Source of the DNA: Phycisphaerae bacterium | GTDB lineage: Bacteria > Planctomycetota > Phycisphaerae > UBA1845 | Reading direction: 5' to 3' | NCBI GenBank assembly: GCA_013360585.1 | Contig: JABWBH010000004.1 | Span: 49,422 to 113,421 of the forward strand | DNA length: 64,000 nucleotides | In this document: one piece after another, positions 19,130-27,920 of the stretch | Layout of the letters: every line of letters begins with the position of its first letter | How positions within the stretch are numbered: position 1 is the stretch's first letter | Translations under genes and position numbers: made by a program | Notes under the pieces: model-generated | Seen by the model: only the letters and a program-made list of their open reading frames with translations | Told to the model about the DNA's origin: nothing | Databases searched by the model: none

Positions 19130-19158
19130 GTGGACCTGTCCTTCCGCAACAGGTCCAC
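19130..19158 (-). promoter_or_regulatory. 10-bp perfect hairpin in the rpsB-tsf intergenic region (possible attenuator)
   Basis: GTGGACCTGT (19130-19139) pairs with ACAGGTCCAC (19149-19158) across a 9-nt loop. On the minus strand it is followed by CTTTGTCTGGG. Confidence 0.4.
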
Positions 19159-19273
19159 GTCGCAAACCCTGGTATCGTTTTCAAGGACCGAACCGCGCCG
19201 GTCAAAGAGCGCTCACGTCTCCGGGAATCACTTCAACGACCCCCGAAGAGCCTCTCCGCCCCGTCCGCGCGGG

Positions 19274-20131
19274 TTACGCCGATCCGCCGGCCGCCGGTCC
19301 GCCGGTGCCGTCCGCGCCGATGCCCGCAGGCTCGACGTCACTTCCCGTCGGCTGGTCCGCCGCCGGCGCGGGACGGTTCTCGCTGAACCGACGTCGCGGG
19401 CGGGGTGCTTCCTGTTGCGCGGCGGGCGCCTCCTCCTTCATCGTCGCCCGGGCTTTCAGCCCCTCCGCCGCGGCGTCCGCGAGCATCTTGATCACCAGGT
19501 CAATCGACCGCATCGAGTCGTCGTTCCCGGGGATCGGAATGTCCGCATATCCCGGGTTCGAGTCGGTGTCGATCAGACAGATCGTCGGGATGCCCGCCTT
19601 GCGCGCCTCCTTCACCGCGTTGTGCTCGCGGGCGACGTCGATGACGATCATCGCTCCGGGCATCTTCGTCATGTTGCGGATGCCGTCGAGGTTGCGCTTG
19701 ATCTTGCGCAGCTCGCGCGTCCGCGACGCGATCATCTTCTTGCTGTATTTCAGCAGCGTTCCGTCCGCCTCCTCGCGCTCCAGCTCCTCGAGCCGCGCCA
19801 GGCGCGAGCGGATCGTGCGGAAGTTGGTGAGCGTTCCGCCCAGCCAGCGCTCCGCGACAAACGGCATGCCGACCCGACGGGCATGATCCTCTACCGAGGA
19901 CCGCGCCTGACGTTTCGTGCCGACGAACAACACATCCTGCCCCTTGGCCACCACCTGCCCGACGAGCTTTTTCGCCCGCAGGAGCCCCTTGACGGTTTCG
20001 CGAATGTCGATGATGTGAATCGTGTTTCGCTTCCCGAAGATGTAGGGTTTCATCTTCGGATCCCAGCGGCTTGCGCGGTGGCCGTAATGAATACCGGATT
20101 CAACCAGTTGACGGACCAACTCCGATGCCAA
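19274..20131 (-). CDS. rpsB: 30S ribosomal protein S2 with an Ala/Pro/Gly-rich C-terminal extension
   Basis: LVESGIHYGHRASRWDPKMKPYIFGKRNTIHIIDIRETV is the S2 signature. The start is TTG at 20131, preceded by GGAGGTGATTC. Confidence 0.95.
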   Translation of the reverse strand: MASELVRQLVESGIHYGHRASRWDPKMKPYIFGKRNTIHIIDIRETVKGLLRAKKLVGQVVAKGQDVLFVGTKRQARSSVEDHARRVGMPFVAERWLGGTLTNFRTIRSRLARLEELEREEADGTLLKYSKKMIASRTRELRKIKRNLDGIRNMTKMPGAMIVIDVAREHNAVKEARKAGIPTICLIDTDSNPGYADIPIPGNDDSMRSIDLVIKMLADAAAEGLKARATMKEEAPAAQQEAPRPRRRFSENRPAPAADQPTGSDVEPAGIGADGTGGPAAGGSA

Positions 20132-20379
20132 GAATCACCTCCGACTGAACTTGATGGCGCCCCCCGTGGGCGCCGTTTCCAGAACCTTGCAGTGTACACC
20201 GGTTCGCGGATCATTCAACGCGCCGCCTCGGTTTCGTCAGGCCGCGGCAGCGGACGCCCGCGCCGCACGAGGTGACAAGCCAGGACTGCGGCGCTCGGAT
20301 CGCGGCCTGTATCCGAAAAATCCAGCAACCCGAATTAAGTGTGAGCTTAATTAATACATTGAGTAGCGTTGCAAGTTCG

Positions 20380-21555
20380 GTGCAGGGTGAGCCTCAACGT
20401 CACTTTTTCCTCAGCGCCGCCGAACCGAGTGCCGACCGGTATGCCGCCGCCGTCATCCGGGCGCTGTCCGGACGGTCGCCGGGAATGCGGTTCACCGGGG
20501 TGGCGGGTCCGGCGATGCAGGCGGAAGGGTGTCGGGCGCTGGCGAATCTTGCTGACCGGGCGGCGATGCTCACCGGGGTTGTCGGGCTGCTGCGGACGGG
20601 GTACCGGATTCTCAAGGACGTTGACCGATGTTTCGCGGTGGATCGCCCGGACGCCGTGATCCTCGTGGATTCACCGACGCTTCACCTCCCGATGGCGCGC
20701 ATCGCCCGCCGCCACCACATTCCTGTGATTTACTACGTGGCCCCGCAGTTGTGGGCGTGGGCCGCCTGGCGCATCGGGCGAGTGCGACGGCGCGTCAACC
20801 GGCTTGCGGTGATCCTTCCCTTTGAGGAAGCGTACTTCCGCGCCCGAGGCGTGAACGCCGAGTACGTCGGACACCCGCTGTTTGAGGTGCTTCGGGAGCG
20901 CGCGCCGGACCCGGAGGAGGTCGCCGGGCTGCGTCGCCTGGGCGATCCGATCCTCGGGTTGATGCCGGGTTCGCGGGCGCACGTGGTTTCGGAGGTGTTG
21001 CCCGGGCAGATCGAGGTCGTCGAACGCCTCCTATCCCGCGGTTTTTCGGGTATTTCGGCCCTGGTTTCGGCGGCGACGCCCTCAACGACGCCGATCGTCG
21101 AACGTCTTATCGCGGAGTCGCGGATCGCGGATCGGTTGCACATCCGCCGCGGGGATTCCGACGCCTTGATCGCCGCTTCGGACCTCGTCCTGACGGCCTC
21201 CGGGACGAGCACGCTGCACATCGCCCACTACCGCAAGCCGATGATCGTCATGTACCAGGCATCCTGGTTATTTTATCACGCCGTCGGGCGGTGGCTGGTG
21301 CGGACGCCTCGCCTGTCGCTTCCGAACATCATTGCCGGGCGGGACATTGTTCCGGAGTTCATGCCTTATTACCACTCAACGGCGCCGATCGCCGAGGCGG
21401 CTTCCCGGATTCTCACCGACGCCTCGACGCGCGAGCGAATGATCGCCGAAATCGAGATTCTTGCCGCCGGTTTAAACGGATCCGGAGTGGCGCAGCGGGT
21501 GGCGGACATGGCGCTGGAAGAGCTAAGAAAGGCTGATTCAAAGGACATCGCCTAG
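20380..21555 (+). CDS. lpxB: Lipid-A-disaccharide synthase
   Basis: FFLSAAEPSADRYAAAVIRAL...GVAGPAMQAEG...VILVDSPTLHLPMARIARRHHIPVIYYVAPQLWAWAAWR matches the LpxB N-terminal pattern. The start is uncertain. In-frame GTG 20341, TTG 20359 and GTG 20380 are all possible. The track start at 20272 is unlikely. Confidence 0.85.
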   Translation: MQGEPQRHFFLSAAEPSADRYAAAVIRALSGRSPGMRFTGVAGPAMQAEGCRALANLADRAAMLTGVVGLLRTGYRILKDVDRCFAVDRPDAVILVDSPTLHLPMARIARRHHIPVIYYVAPQLWAWAAWRIGRVRRRVNRLAVILPFEEAYFRARGVNAEYVGHPLFEVLRERAPDPEEVAGLRRLGDPILGLMPGSRAHVVSEVLPGQIEVVERLLSRGFSGISALVSAATPSTTPIVERLIAESRIADRLHIRRGDSDALIAASDLVLTASGTSTLHIAHYRKPMIVMYQASWLFYHAVGRWLVRTPRLSLPNIIAGRDIVPEFMPYYHSTAPIAEAASRILTDASTRERMIAEIEILAAGLNGSGVAQRVADMALEELRKADSKDIA

Positions 21556-21656
21556 CGGGCGGGCCTTGGGGGAGGCTGATCCGTACGGGATTTTTCATCA
21601 CGTAATGTTCTTATTTGCAAATGATTAAGGGTTTTTTTCACAGACAGGCAGGACGC

Positions 21657-21685
21657 TTGACATCGGCGTGATGGGGAAGTAGCCT
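21657..21685 (+). promoter_or_regulatory. Candidate sigma70-type promoter for the beta-barrel gene pair
   Basis: TTGACA (21657-21662), a 17-nt spacer, then TAGCCT (21680-21685). The predicted leader of about 110 nt contains hairpins at 21719..21752 and 21768..21783. The second hairpin is followed by CTCATTTT just before the AAGGAG Shine-Dalgarno sequence. Confidence 0.4.
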
Positions 21686-21805
21686 TGTGCCGTTGCGGGA
21701 ATCACTGTACCCCGTGAACGAGCATCGCACTGGCGCGGTTTCGTGATGCTCGGAAGCGGAGAAACAAACCCGACACATCGGGTCTCATTTTAAGGAGAAA
21801 TGATT

Positions 21806-22732
21806 ATGCGCGGATGCGGAAACATCCTTGCGGTGGCGGTGCCGGTATTCTGCGCCGCCGCGCTGACGGTGTCTGCCGGGTCGAACGGGAACGAGAAAAC
21901 GTTTGTGGCGCCGACCCTGTCGCTTGCGGCGATGCAGGACGAGGGGACGGTGGTGGCGGAATCGACGACGGTCACGACGTACACCAGCGGCGGGATGCGG
22001 GGCATCACCGGTCCGATCCAGTTGCGCGTCGCGGATGCGATGGCGCCCGGCACGGTGGATTTCAAGAACGTGTTCGGCTGGCGGACGCTGCGCGGCAACG
22101 GGGACGACGACTTTTCGTACGCGGCGCAGATTGAGTGGGGGATGGTGGAGAATCACACGCTGCTGATCCACCTGGATGACCTTCACCTGGGCGACGGCCG
22201 GATCGACGGCAACGGCGACGTGACGATCGGCTGGCACTGGAAGCTCTGGAACGAGGACGGCGGGGTTCCGGCGACGGCGATCCGCAACTTCGTTCGGATT
22301 CCCACGGGCGACGGTTCGGAAGGCGTGGATTACGAACTGCGCGGACTGATGACGTGGACGGTGTCTGACAACGCCCGGTTTTCGATTAACCCGTGGCTGC
22401 GGTCGGTCAACGGCGAGAACGACGCCGTGTTCGGCATCGACGAGGACGGCGAGCGCCGGATTCTCGAGGATCCGCGTCACTTCCGGTGGGGCATCACGGC
22501 CGGCATGGACTACGACCTGTCGGACGACTTCAAGCTGATCTGGGACTACGTCTACAGCAGCAGCGTGCATGACGGTCACCGCGACAATCACTCGGTCGAA
22601 CTCGGCTTCGACTGGCATTTCGCGGAGAATCAGTCGTTCAACTTCGTCACCGACGTGAGCGTCGACGGCGACAGCAACGACAATGCGAGCCTTGGGGCGA
22701 AGTTCAGCTACGTGGTTTCGTTCGGCGGTTGA
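21806..22732 (+). CDS. Putative outer-membrane beta-barrel protein (Phenol_MetA_deg / 'transporter'-like), paralog 1
   Basis: Signal peptide: MRGCGNILAVAVPVFCAAALTVSAGS. Alternating amphipathic strands are present. The motif VRIPTGDGSEGVD resembles the lPTGd motif of that barrel family, which I recall from memory. AAGGAG lies 8 nt before ATG 21806. Confidence 0.65.
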   Translation: MRGCGNILAVAVPVFCAAALTVSAGSNGNEKTFVAPTLSLAAMQDEGTVVAESTTVTTYTSGGMRGITGPIQLRVADAMAPGTVDFKNVFGWRTLRGNGDDDFSYAAQIEWGMVENHTLLIHLDDLHLGDGRIDGNGDVTIGWHWKLWNEDGGVPATAIRNFVRIPTGDGSEGVDYELRGLMTWTVSDNARFSINPWLRSVNGENDAVFGIDEDGERRILEDPRHFRWGITAGMDYDLSDDFKLIWDYVYSSSVHDGHRDNHSVELGFDWHFAENQSFNFVTDVSVDGDSNDNASLGAKFSYVVSFGG

Positions 22733-22773
22733 GACTGCCCGACGCGACGCGTGCTTCATTCGTAGATCATGAG

Positions 22774-22813
22774 ACACCGATCCGCGCCGGGCGCGCGGAT
22801 CGGTGTTTGTTTT
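22774..22813 (+). terminator. Intrinsic terminator between the two paralogs
   Basis: ACACCGATCCGCGC-CGGGC-GCGCGGATCGGTGT forms a 14-bp perfect stem, followed by TTGTTTT. Confidence 0.8.
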
Positions 22814-22872
22814 GATGATCCTTGTCCAGCGAGCCGAGACGAGCGGATCATCCCAGGGAAAGGAAAACTCCA

Positions 22873-23790
22873 ATGCGAGGTCAGGAGCAGCGTTGGTTCT
22901 GGAGATCGGCCGTAGTGGGAGTCCTGGCGATCGGGACGGCGGTCGTCGCGCGGGGGGCGCAGGCGGAGGACGAACGATCGCATCGGTTTCAACTGACGAG
23001 CTTTCAGGACCGGGAGGCGGTGGTAGCCGAGTCGACGACGGTGACGACTGTGGCGGGAAGTGAACGCCACGATATCACCGGTCCGATCAGCCTTCGCGTG
23101 GCGGACGCTTTGCCACCCGGCGAGCTGGAGATCAAAAACGTCTTCGGCTGGGGCACGCGCAAAGGCGGCGGCAGCGATGAGTGGGAGTATGAATTCGAGC
23201 TTGAATACGGGCTGATCGAGAACCACCAGCTCCTTTTCAGTCTCCCGCTCGAGCTGGGGGAAGGGCGGGTTACGGGGAACTGGGACATCACATTGGGCTG
23301 GCACTGGAAGCTGTGGGGTGAAGACGGCGCGATTCCGGCGACGGCGATCCGGCAGTTCGTGCGTATTCCGACCGGTCATGATTCGGAAGGGGTGGACTAC
23401 GAGATCCGGCCGATCCTGACCTGGACGCTTTCCGACAGCGCCCGGTACACGCTCAGCGGCTACGCCCGCTCCGTGAACGGCGACAATTTTGACGAACCCG
23501 GAGAGGAGGGCGACGAGGAGGGCGAGGACGCCCGTCATTTCCGCTGGGGCGTCATCACCGGCTTTGATTATGATCTGACCGAGGACTTCAAGCTGATCTG
23601 GGACTACGTATACGGAAGCAGCGTTCACACCGGACATCGAGATAATCACACGTTGGAGGTTGGATTTGACTGGCATTTCGCGCCGAATCAGTCGTTCAAC
23701 TTCATGACGGAAGTGAGCCTCGACGGCGACGGCAACGACAACGCGAACCTCGGGGCTGAGATCAGCTACGTGGTGTCGTTCGGGGGGTGA
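22873..23790 (+). CDS. Putative outer-membrane beta-barrel protein, paralog 2
   Basis: Colinear with paralog 1 and, by eye, identical at roughly two-thirds of positions. Shared blocks include VVAESTTVTT, ITGPI.LRVADA, KNVFGW, GWHWKLW, PATAIR.FVRIPTG, DFKLIWDYVY.SSVH.GHRDNH and the C-terminal SYVVSFGG. ATG at 22873 gives a signal peptide ending in ARGAQAED. Confidence 0.65.
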   Translation: MRGQEQRWFWRSAVVGVLAIGTAVVARGAQAEDERSHRFQLTSFQDREAVVAESTTVTTVAGSERHDITGPISLRVADALPPGELEIKNVFGWGTRKGGGSDEWEYEFELEYGLIENHQLLFSLPLELGEGRVTGNWDITLGWHWKLWGEDGAIPATAIRQFVRIPTGHDSEGVDYEIRPILTWTLSDSARYTLSGYARSVNGDNFDEPGEEGDEEGEDARHFRWGVITGFDYDLTEDFKLIWDYVYGSSVHTGHRDNHTLEVGFDWHFAPNQSFNFMTEVSLDGDGNDNANLGAEISYVVSFGG

Positions 23791-23841
23791 TCGCAGGTTC
23801 GAGGCGCGTGTCGCGGAGGGCGGCGCGTTGGATGAATGATG

Positions 23842-23885
23842 AACCTCCTCGTCACCGGATCGGCGGCGAGGAGGTTTTTCCTTTC
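23842..23885 (+). terminator. Probable intrinsic terminator after paralog 2
   Basis: CCTCCTCGTCACC pairs with GGCGGCGAGGAGG as an imperfect stem (11 of 13), followed by TTTTTCCTTTCC. Confidence 0.55.
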
Positions 23886-24106
23886 CGTGATATGCGGCCG
23901 GAACGCGGGCCCGGCCTTTTCAACGTCGTCGCCCCGGCCACGTTTCCGATCGGTGCCGCATGCCGGATTGCGTGCTCACTGCAACCGGCTGTGCGAACTG
24001 AATCTACAAATGTCGAAAGCGGTTGTGCGTCACGGTATCGGCGGGAGGATCCGAGAATCCTTGCCGCTGCCGGGGGGAACATCGCGCGAGTGAACCCGAG
24101 TCGGTC

Positions 24107-24709
24107 ATGCCACATCAACCCGAGGACAGCCGAGGTTCCCGCGTGACGCCGAGACATGAGGATGCCGCGCCGGACTTTCAGGAGCTTTCGGACCGCGTGT
24201 ACCGGTTGTGTCTTGCGATGCTGCGCGATGAGACGCCGGCGCACGACGCGGCGCAGGAGGCGCTGGTTCGCGGGTGGGCGCGACGGGAGTTGCGGCGCGA
24301 GGGCGTGTCGTGGTGGACGTGGTTCGGCGGGTTCGCGGTGCGGGTGTGCCGGGAGTTCCGGCGGGGGCGGGCGCGCGAGGCGGAGCGATCCGCCGGGACC
24401 GAAGGACTGGAGGCGGTTGAAGCCGAGCGCGGTGTGACGGAACTCGCACCGGTTTCGCTCCCGATGACGCGGGTCGTGCGCGACGCGGTCATGCGCCTGC
24501 CGGACCGGCAGCGCGAGGTGACGGTGCTGCGGTATTTCATCGGCGCTTCAACCGCGGAAGCGGCGGAACTGCTCGGGTGTCCGGAAGGCACGATCAAGAG
24601 CAATCTTCACAAGGCGTTGGCGTCGCTTCATGCCGCGCTGGCGAAGGTCGGAATTGAGGATGAACTGTCAGGCGTGTCAGCAAGCTTTGATCGCGGCGGC
24701 AGCGGGTGA
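24107..24709 (+). CDS. ECF-type RNA polymerase sigma factor (sigma-70 family, group 4)
   Basis: Region 2-like: VYRLCLAMLRDETPAHDAAQEALVRGW. Region 4 HTH: LPDRQREVTVLRYFIGASTAEAAELLGCPEGTIKSNLHKALASL. Confidence 0.85.
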   Translation: MPHQPEDSRGSRVTPRHEDAAPDFQELSDRVYRLCLAMLRDETPAHDAAQEALVRGWARRELRREGVSWWTWFGGFAVRVCREFRRGRAREAERSAGTEGLEAVEAERGVTELAPVSLPMTRVVRDAVMRLPDRQREVTVLRYFIGASTAEAAELLGCPEGTIKSNLHKALASLHAALAKVGIEDELSGVSASFDRGGSG

Positions 24710-25343
24710 TCCGCTCTCTCCAGCCGCGAAGGCGCACGCCGTGCAGTGCGCGGCGTGCCTCGCTTTTTCACGGCGGCAGCGGGCAATCCTCGCGGCGTTC
24801 GAGTCGATCCGGGCAGAGAACGAGGCGCTGCGAGCGCCGTTCATTTTCGCCCCGCCGGAAAACGAGCGCGCAACGCCGAGACGGCTGAGCCTGCTTCCGA
24901 GGGTTGCGTCCGTCCTTGCGGCTGCGGCGGTGCTGGCGCTGCTGGTGGTGCGTTATGAGGTGGTTGAGCCGCGAAGCACGTCCGGGCCGTCGCGGGTCGT
25001 CGCGTCGGGCGGGGATCCGGTTGCGGAGGATTCGGACGGAGTGATCCCGGAAGTTCCGTCGTTGGCGTCCCCGCTGGGGTATTTCGAGGCGCTGGCGTGG
25101 GCGGACGAAGAAGCAACGTCGTTGGCGGGCGATGCGTTCACGGCGGATCACGTGGTGCTGGTCGGGATCGCTTCGCCCACGCTGTCGCCGACGCTTCACC
25201 TCGATGAACGATTACTTGAGGAAGACCTGATCTGGGACGAAGACGTTCCTGATGTTTCGGAGGATATGAGTGATGATGACCTTGAGTTTATCCTTGATGA
25301 CGTTGATTTCGGCGACGTGGGCGCTGCCGCCGGCCGCGGGTAA
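24660..25343 (+). CDS. Putative zf-HC2-type anti-sigma factor, single-pass membrane protein with an acidic C-terminus
   Basis: MNCQACQQALIAAAAG...HAVQCAACLAF has the Cys/His pattern of anti-sigma zinc fingers. TM segment: VASVLAAAAVLALLVV. It lies immediately downstream of the ECF sigma gene and overlaps it by 50 nt. Confidence 0.6.
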   Translation: MNCQACQQALIAAAAGDPLSPAAKAHAVQCAACLAFSRRQRAILAAFESIRAENEALRAPFIFAPPENERATPRRLSLLPRVASVLAAAAVLALLVVRYEVVEPRSTSGPSRVVASGGDPVAEDSDGVIPEVPSLASPLGYFEALAWADEEATSLAGDAFTADHVVLVGIASPTLSPTLHLDERLLEEDLIWDEDVPDVSEDMSDDDLEFILDDVDFGDVGAAAGRG

Positions 25344-26547
25344 GCCGGAGATCGTCGGCGAACCTCTTGCGCCCGCGCGACGACAGCCGGTCGCGGATGC
25401 CCCGGTTTCCGACGCACCTGTCAATCCTTTTCCGGGTTACGACCCGGATGCGCGTCGTCAACCCCCGCCGCCGGACGCGCCTTCGCCGCGGCCGCGCGAT
25501 GAAGGTCCGGGTGCGCCGCAGGCGGAGAGCGCGCCGCGTGGCGGCGGACCTCCGCCTCCCGGGCGTGGGCGAACGTCAGCGCCGGATGCCGGACCGCCGT
25601 CGCCCAACCCGTTTGACAGCGAAGACCGGGATGTGCGCCTGATTTCCGAGTTGCAAAGGCGCCGCGCCGAGCTTCAGCGGCTTCAGTCCCAACTGGATCA
25701 ACTCGAACACGCCCTGGCGGAAGGCTCCGCACCGGCCAGCGCGAAATCGGACGCGGACAATCTGCGTGCCCAGATCGCGATGCGTGAAAGCGACCTGAAC
25801 CGGTTGTTGTCGGAGCGGCGTCGCGTGATGGAGGAGCGCGAGCTTCAGATGCAGCAGCACCGCCTGAATTATGTGTCGGGGTGGCACGAGGTGGCGTTCG
25901 ACCCGCGTCAGGCGCTGGTCATGTCGGTGCAGGCGATCGTGGACCTGGCGTCGCGCGGCGGGCGTCTCGACGAAGCCGAAAAGGTTCTCCTGGACCTTCT
26001 GTCGCAGACGAACGATGTGGGGGGTCAGACGGCGATCCGGTTTGCGCTTAAGGACGTCTACCTGGCGCAGAACAAACCCGAGCGGGCCGCGGAGCAGATG
26101 ATTCTGGCGGCCCGGGCGAATTCGGCGGCTTTGTCGCCGGGACGTGCGCCGCGCGGCGACGGACGGGGCGGCGCCCCCGCGGATCCGGCGCCCGCGTTCC
26201 GACCGGATGCGTCGGGCGCACCTGAAGCGGCGCCGGCGCCTCCCGGACCTTCGCGTTCGTTCGACGGACCGAACCCGCCTCCGGGTTCGGGGGGCGGCGC
26301 GCCGCTGCGAGGTGTTCCGCGTCCCGAAGCGTCTGCGTTCGATATCGGGCCGCGGGGTTCGGACAATCCGCCTCCGCGTCAGCGACCCGCTGCAGCGCCG
26401 CCGGCGCGAGCCGATCGGAAGTTCCTCGTTCCCGGCCGAGCGCCGTCGCCGCCCGAACCTGCGCCCGTGCCTCCGCCGCCGGATGCTCCGCCGCCGCCGG
26501 ATGCTCCTGTGCCACGACCTCCCGCGGACGCCAGACCGCTGGATTGA
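25270..26547 (+). CDS. Secreted proline-rich protein with a central coiled coil
   Basis: GGAGGA precedes ATGATGATG. Signal-like N-terminus: MMMTLSLSLMTLISATWALPPAAG. Heptad-like region: LISELQRRRAELQRLQSQLDQLEHAL. The flanks are PPPP-rich. It overlaps the anti-sigma gene by 74 nt. Confidence 0.55.
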   Translation: MMMTLSLSLMTLISATWALPPAAGKPEIVGEPLAPARRQPVADAPVSDAPVNPFPGYDPDARRQPPPPDAPSPRPRDEGPGAPQAESAPRGGGPPPPGRGRTSAPDAGPPSPNPFDSEDRDVRLISELQRRRAELQRLQSQLDQLEHALAEGSAPASAKSDADNLRAQIAMRESDLNRLLSERRRVMEERELQMQQHRLNYVSGWHEVAFDPRQALVMSVQAIVDLASRGGRLDEAEKVLLDLLSQTNDVGGQTAIRFALKDVYLAQNKPERAAEQMILAARANSAALSPGRAPRGDGRGGAPADPAPAFRPDASGAPEAAPAPPGPSRSFDGPNPPPGSGGGAPLRGVPRPEASAFDIGPRGSDNPPPRQRPAAAPPARADRKFLVPGRAPSPPEPAPVPPPPDAPPPPDAPVPRPPADARPLD

Positions 26548-26652
26548 ACCATCATCGATCCTTCATAACCGCGGCCGCCGAGCCGAGCTTTGCTTCGGCG
26601 CGGCGGTCGCGTTTGTTGCCGGGATGACGCGGACGTCTACGATCCACGTTCG

Positions 26653-27816
26653 ATGTCGACGACGGAACATCATTCGGAATCGCCTGCGCTGTCGCGTTAC
26701 GCCGTGAAGGCGGCGCAGACCCGAGGACGTGCGCACGCGGAGCCGCCGGACCCGCTGCGCGATGCGTTCGAGGTAGACCGTCATCGTGTGCTCAGTTGCG
26801 CCGCGTTCCGGCGGGTCCGGGCGAAGACGCAGGTCTTCGGGGGCGCGGAGGACGATCATTTCCGCACTCGCATGACGCACACCCTGGAGGTCGCGGAAGT
26901 CGCCCGGCTGCTGGCGCGGGCTTTGCGCGTCAACGAAGCGCTGGCGCAGGTGATCGCGCTGGCGCACGATCTGGGTCACCCGCCCTTCGGGCACGCGGGA
27001 GAGGCGGCGCTGAACGCTTGCATGAAGAACCACGGCGGTTTCGAGCATAATGCGCAGACCCTCCGCGTGGTGGATTATCTCGAACATCCGTATCCGGCGT
27101 TCCGCGGACTGAACCTGACGTTCGAGGTGCGGGAGGGCGTCATCAAGCACGCGAGTTTGTACGACCGGCCTGCGCTGTCGTCAGCGGATCCGGTCGTAGC
27201 GGCGTTGCTGGAAACCGGGCGGTGGGCCACCGTCGAAGCTCAGATCGTAGATCTTGCAGACCGGCTGGCGTATGACATGCACGATCTGGAGGATGCGATC
27301 GGGGCGGGATTATTGTCACCGGCGCACCTTGAGTCGCTCTCGTTGTGGCGAGAGGCTCGTATTACGAGGCCGGACCTGCCGGATGCCGTCAACGTTTTTG
27401 CGATCCGCCGCCCTGTCCTCGACGCGATGCTGGACCGGGTGGTCCTGGACGCCGCCGCGCAGAGTATGCCGATGCTGGTCGGGATTGAAAGCCCTGATGA
27501 AGTTCGGCGCCTGCCGACGCCGGCGCTGAAACTTTCGGAAGACGTGCAGTCCGGACTGCGCGAGGTTGAGGAACTGCTGCGTCGGGATGTGTACCTGACG
27601 CCCCGCGTGCAGCGTCTCGACGAAGAAGCGCGGCGCATTGTGACGGAGCTTTTTGAGGCGTTTGTTTCCCGGGAAGACGAGTTGCCGCCGCGGTTCCGGT
27701 CCCGGGTCGCCGAACTCGGCGTTTTCCGCACGGTGTGCGACTACATCGCGGGGATGACCGACGGGTACTGCCGCCGGGAGTGGGAGCGCCTCGTGCCGCG
27801 GCGGAGCCAACGCTGA
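26653..27816 (+). CDS. dGTP triphosphohydrolase-like HD protein
   Basis: FEVDRHRVLSCAAFRRVRAKTQVF...HFRTRMTHTLEVAEVARLLA...LAHDLGHPPFGHAGE is the Dgt family signature. Confidence 0.85.
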   Translation: MSTTEHHSESPALSRYAVKAAQTRGRAHAEPPDPLRDAFEVDRHRVLSCAAFRRVRAKTQVFGGAEDDHFRTRMTHTLEVAEVARLLARALRVNEALAQVIALAHDLGHPPFGHAGEAALNACMKNHGGFEHNAQTLRVVDYLEHPYPAFRGLNLTFEVREGVIKHASLYDRPALSSADPVVAALLETGRWATVEAQIVDLADRLAYDMHDLEDAIGAGLLSPAHLESLSLWREARITRPDLPDAVNVFAIRRPVLDAMLDRVVLDAAAQSMPMLVGIESPDEVRRLPTPALKLSEDVQSGLREVEELLRRDVYLTPRVQRLDEEARRIVTELFEAFVSREDELPPRFRSRVAELGVFRTVCDYIAGMTDGYCRREWERLVPRRSQR

Positions 27817-27920
27817 GATTAAGGGGTAGGCTTCGACCAAAACTTCATTGTGTCTCGGGCCTTCCGCTGCATCGACCCGCCGGTCCGTCCGATATCCAGA
27901 TTGCCGGAAGGACGGATGCC

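Noticed and set aside
21614-21621. Palindrome TTTGCAAA in the AT-rich patch after lpxB as an operator site
   Set aside because: It is only 8 bp, and the flanking symmetry breaks down immediately. Such a short AT palindrome is expected by chance in an AT-rich promoter region.
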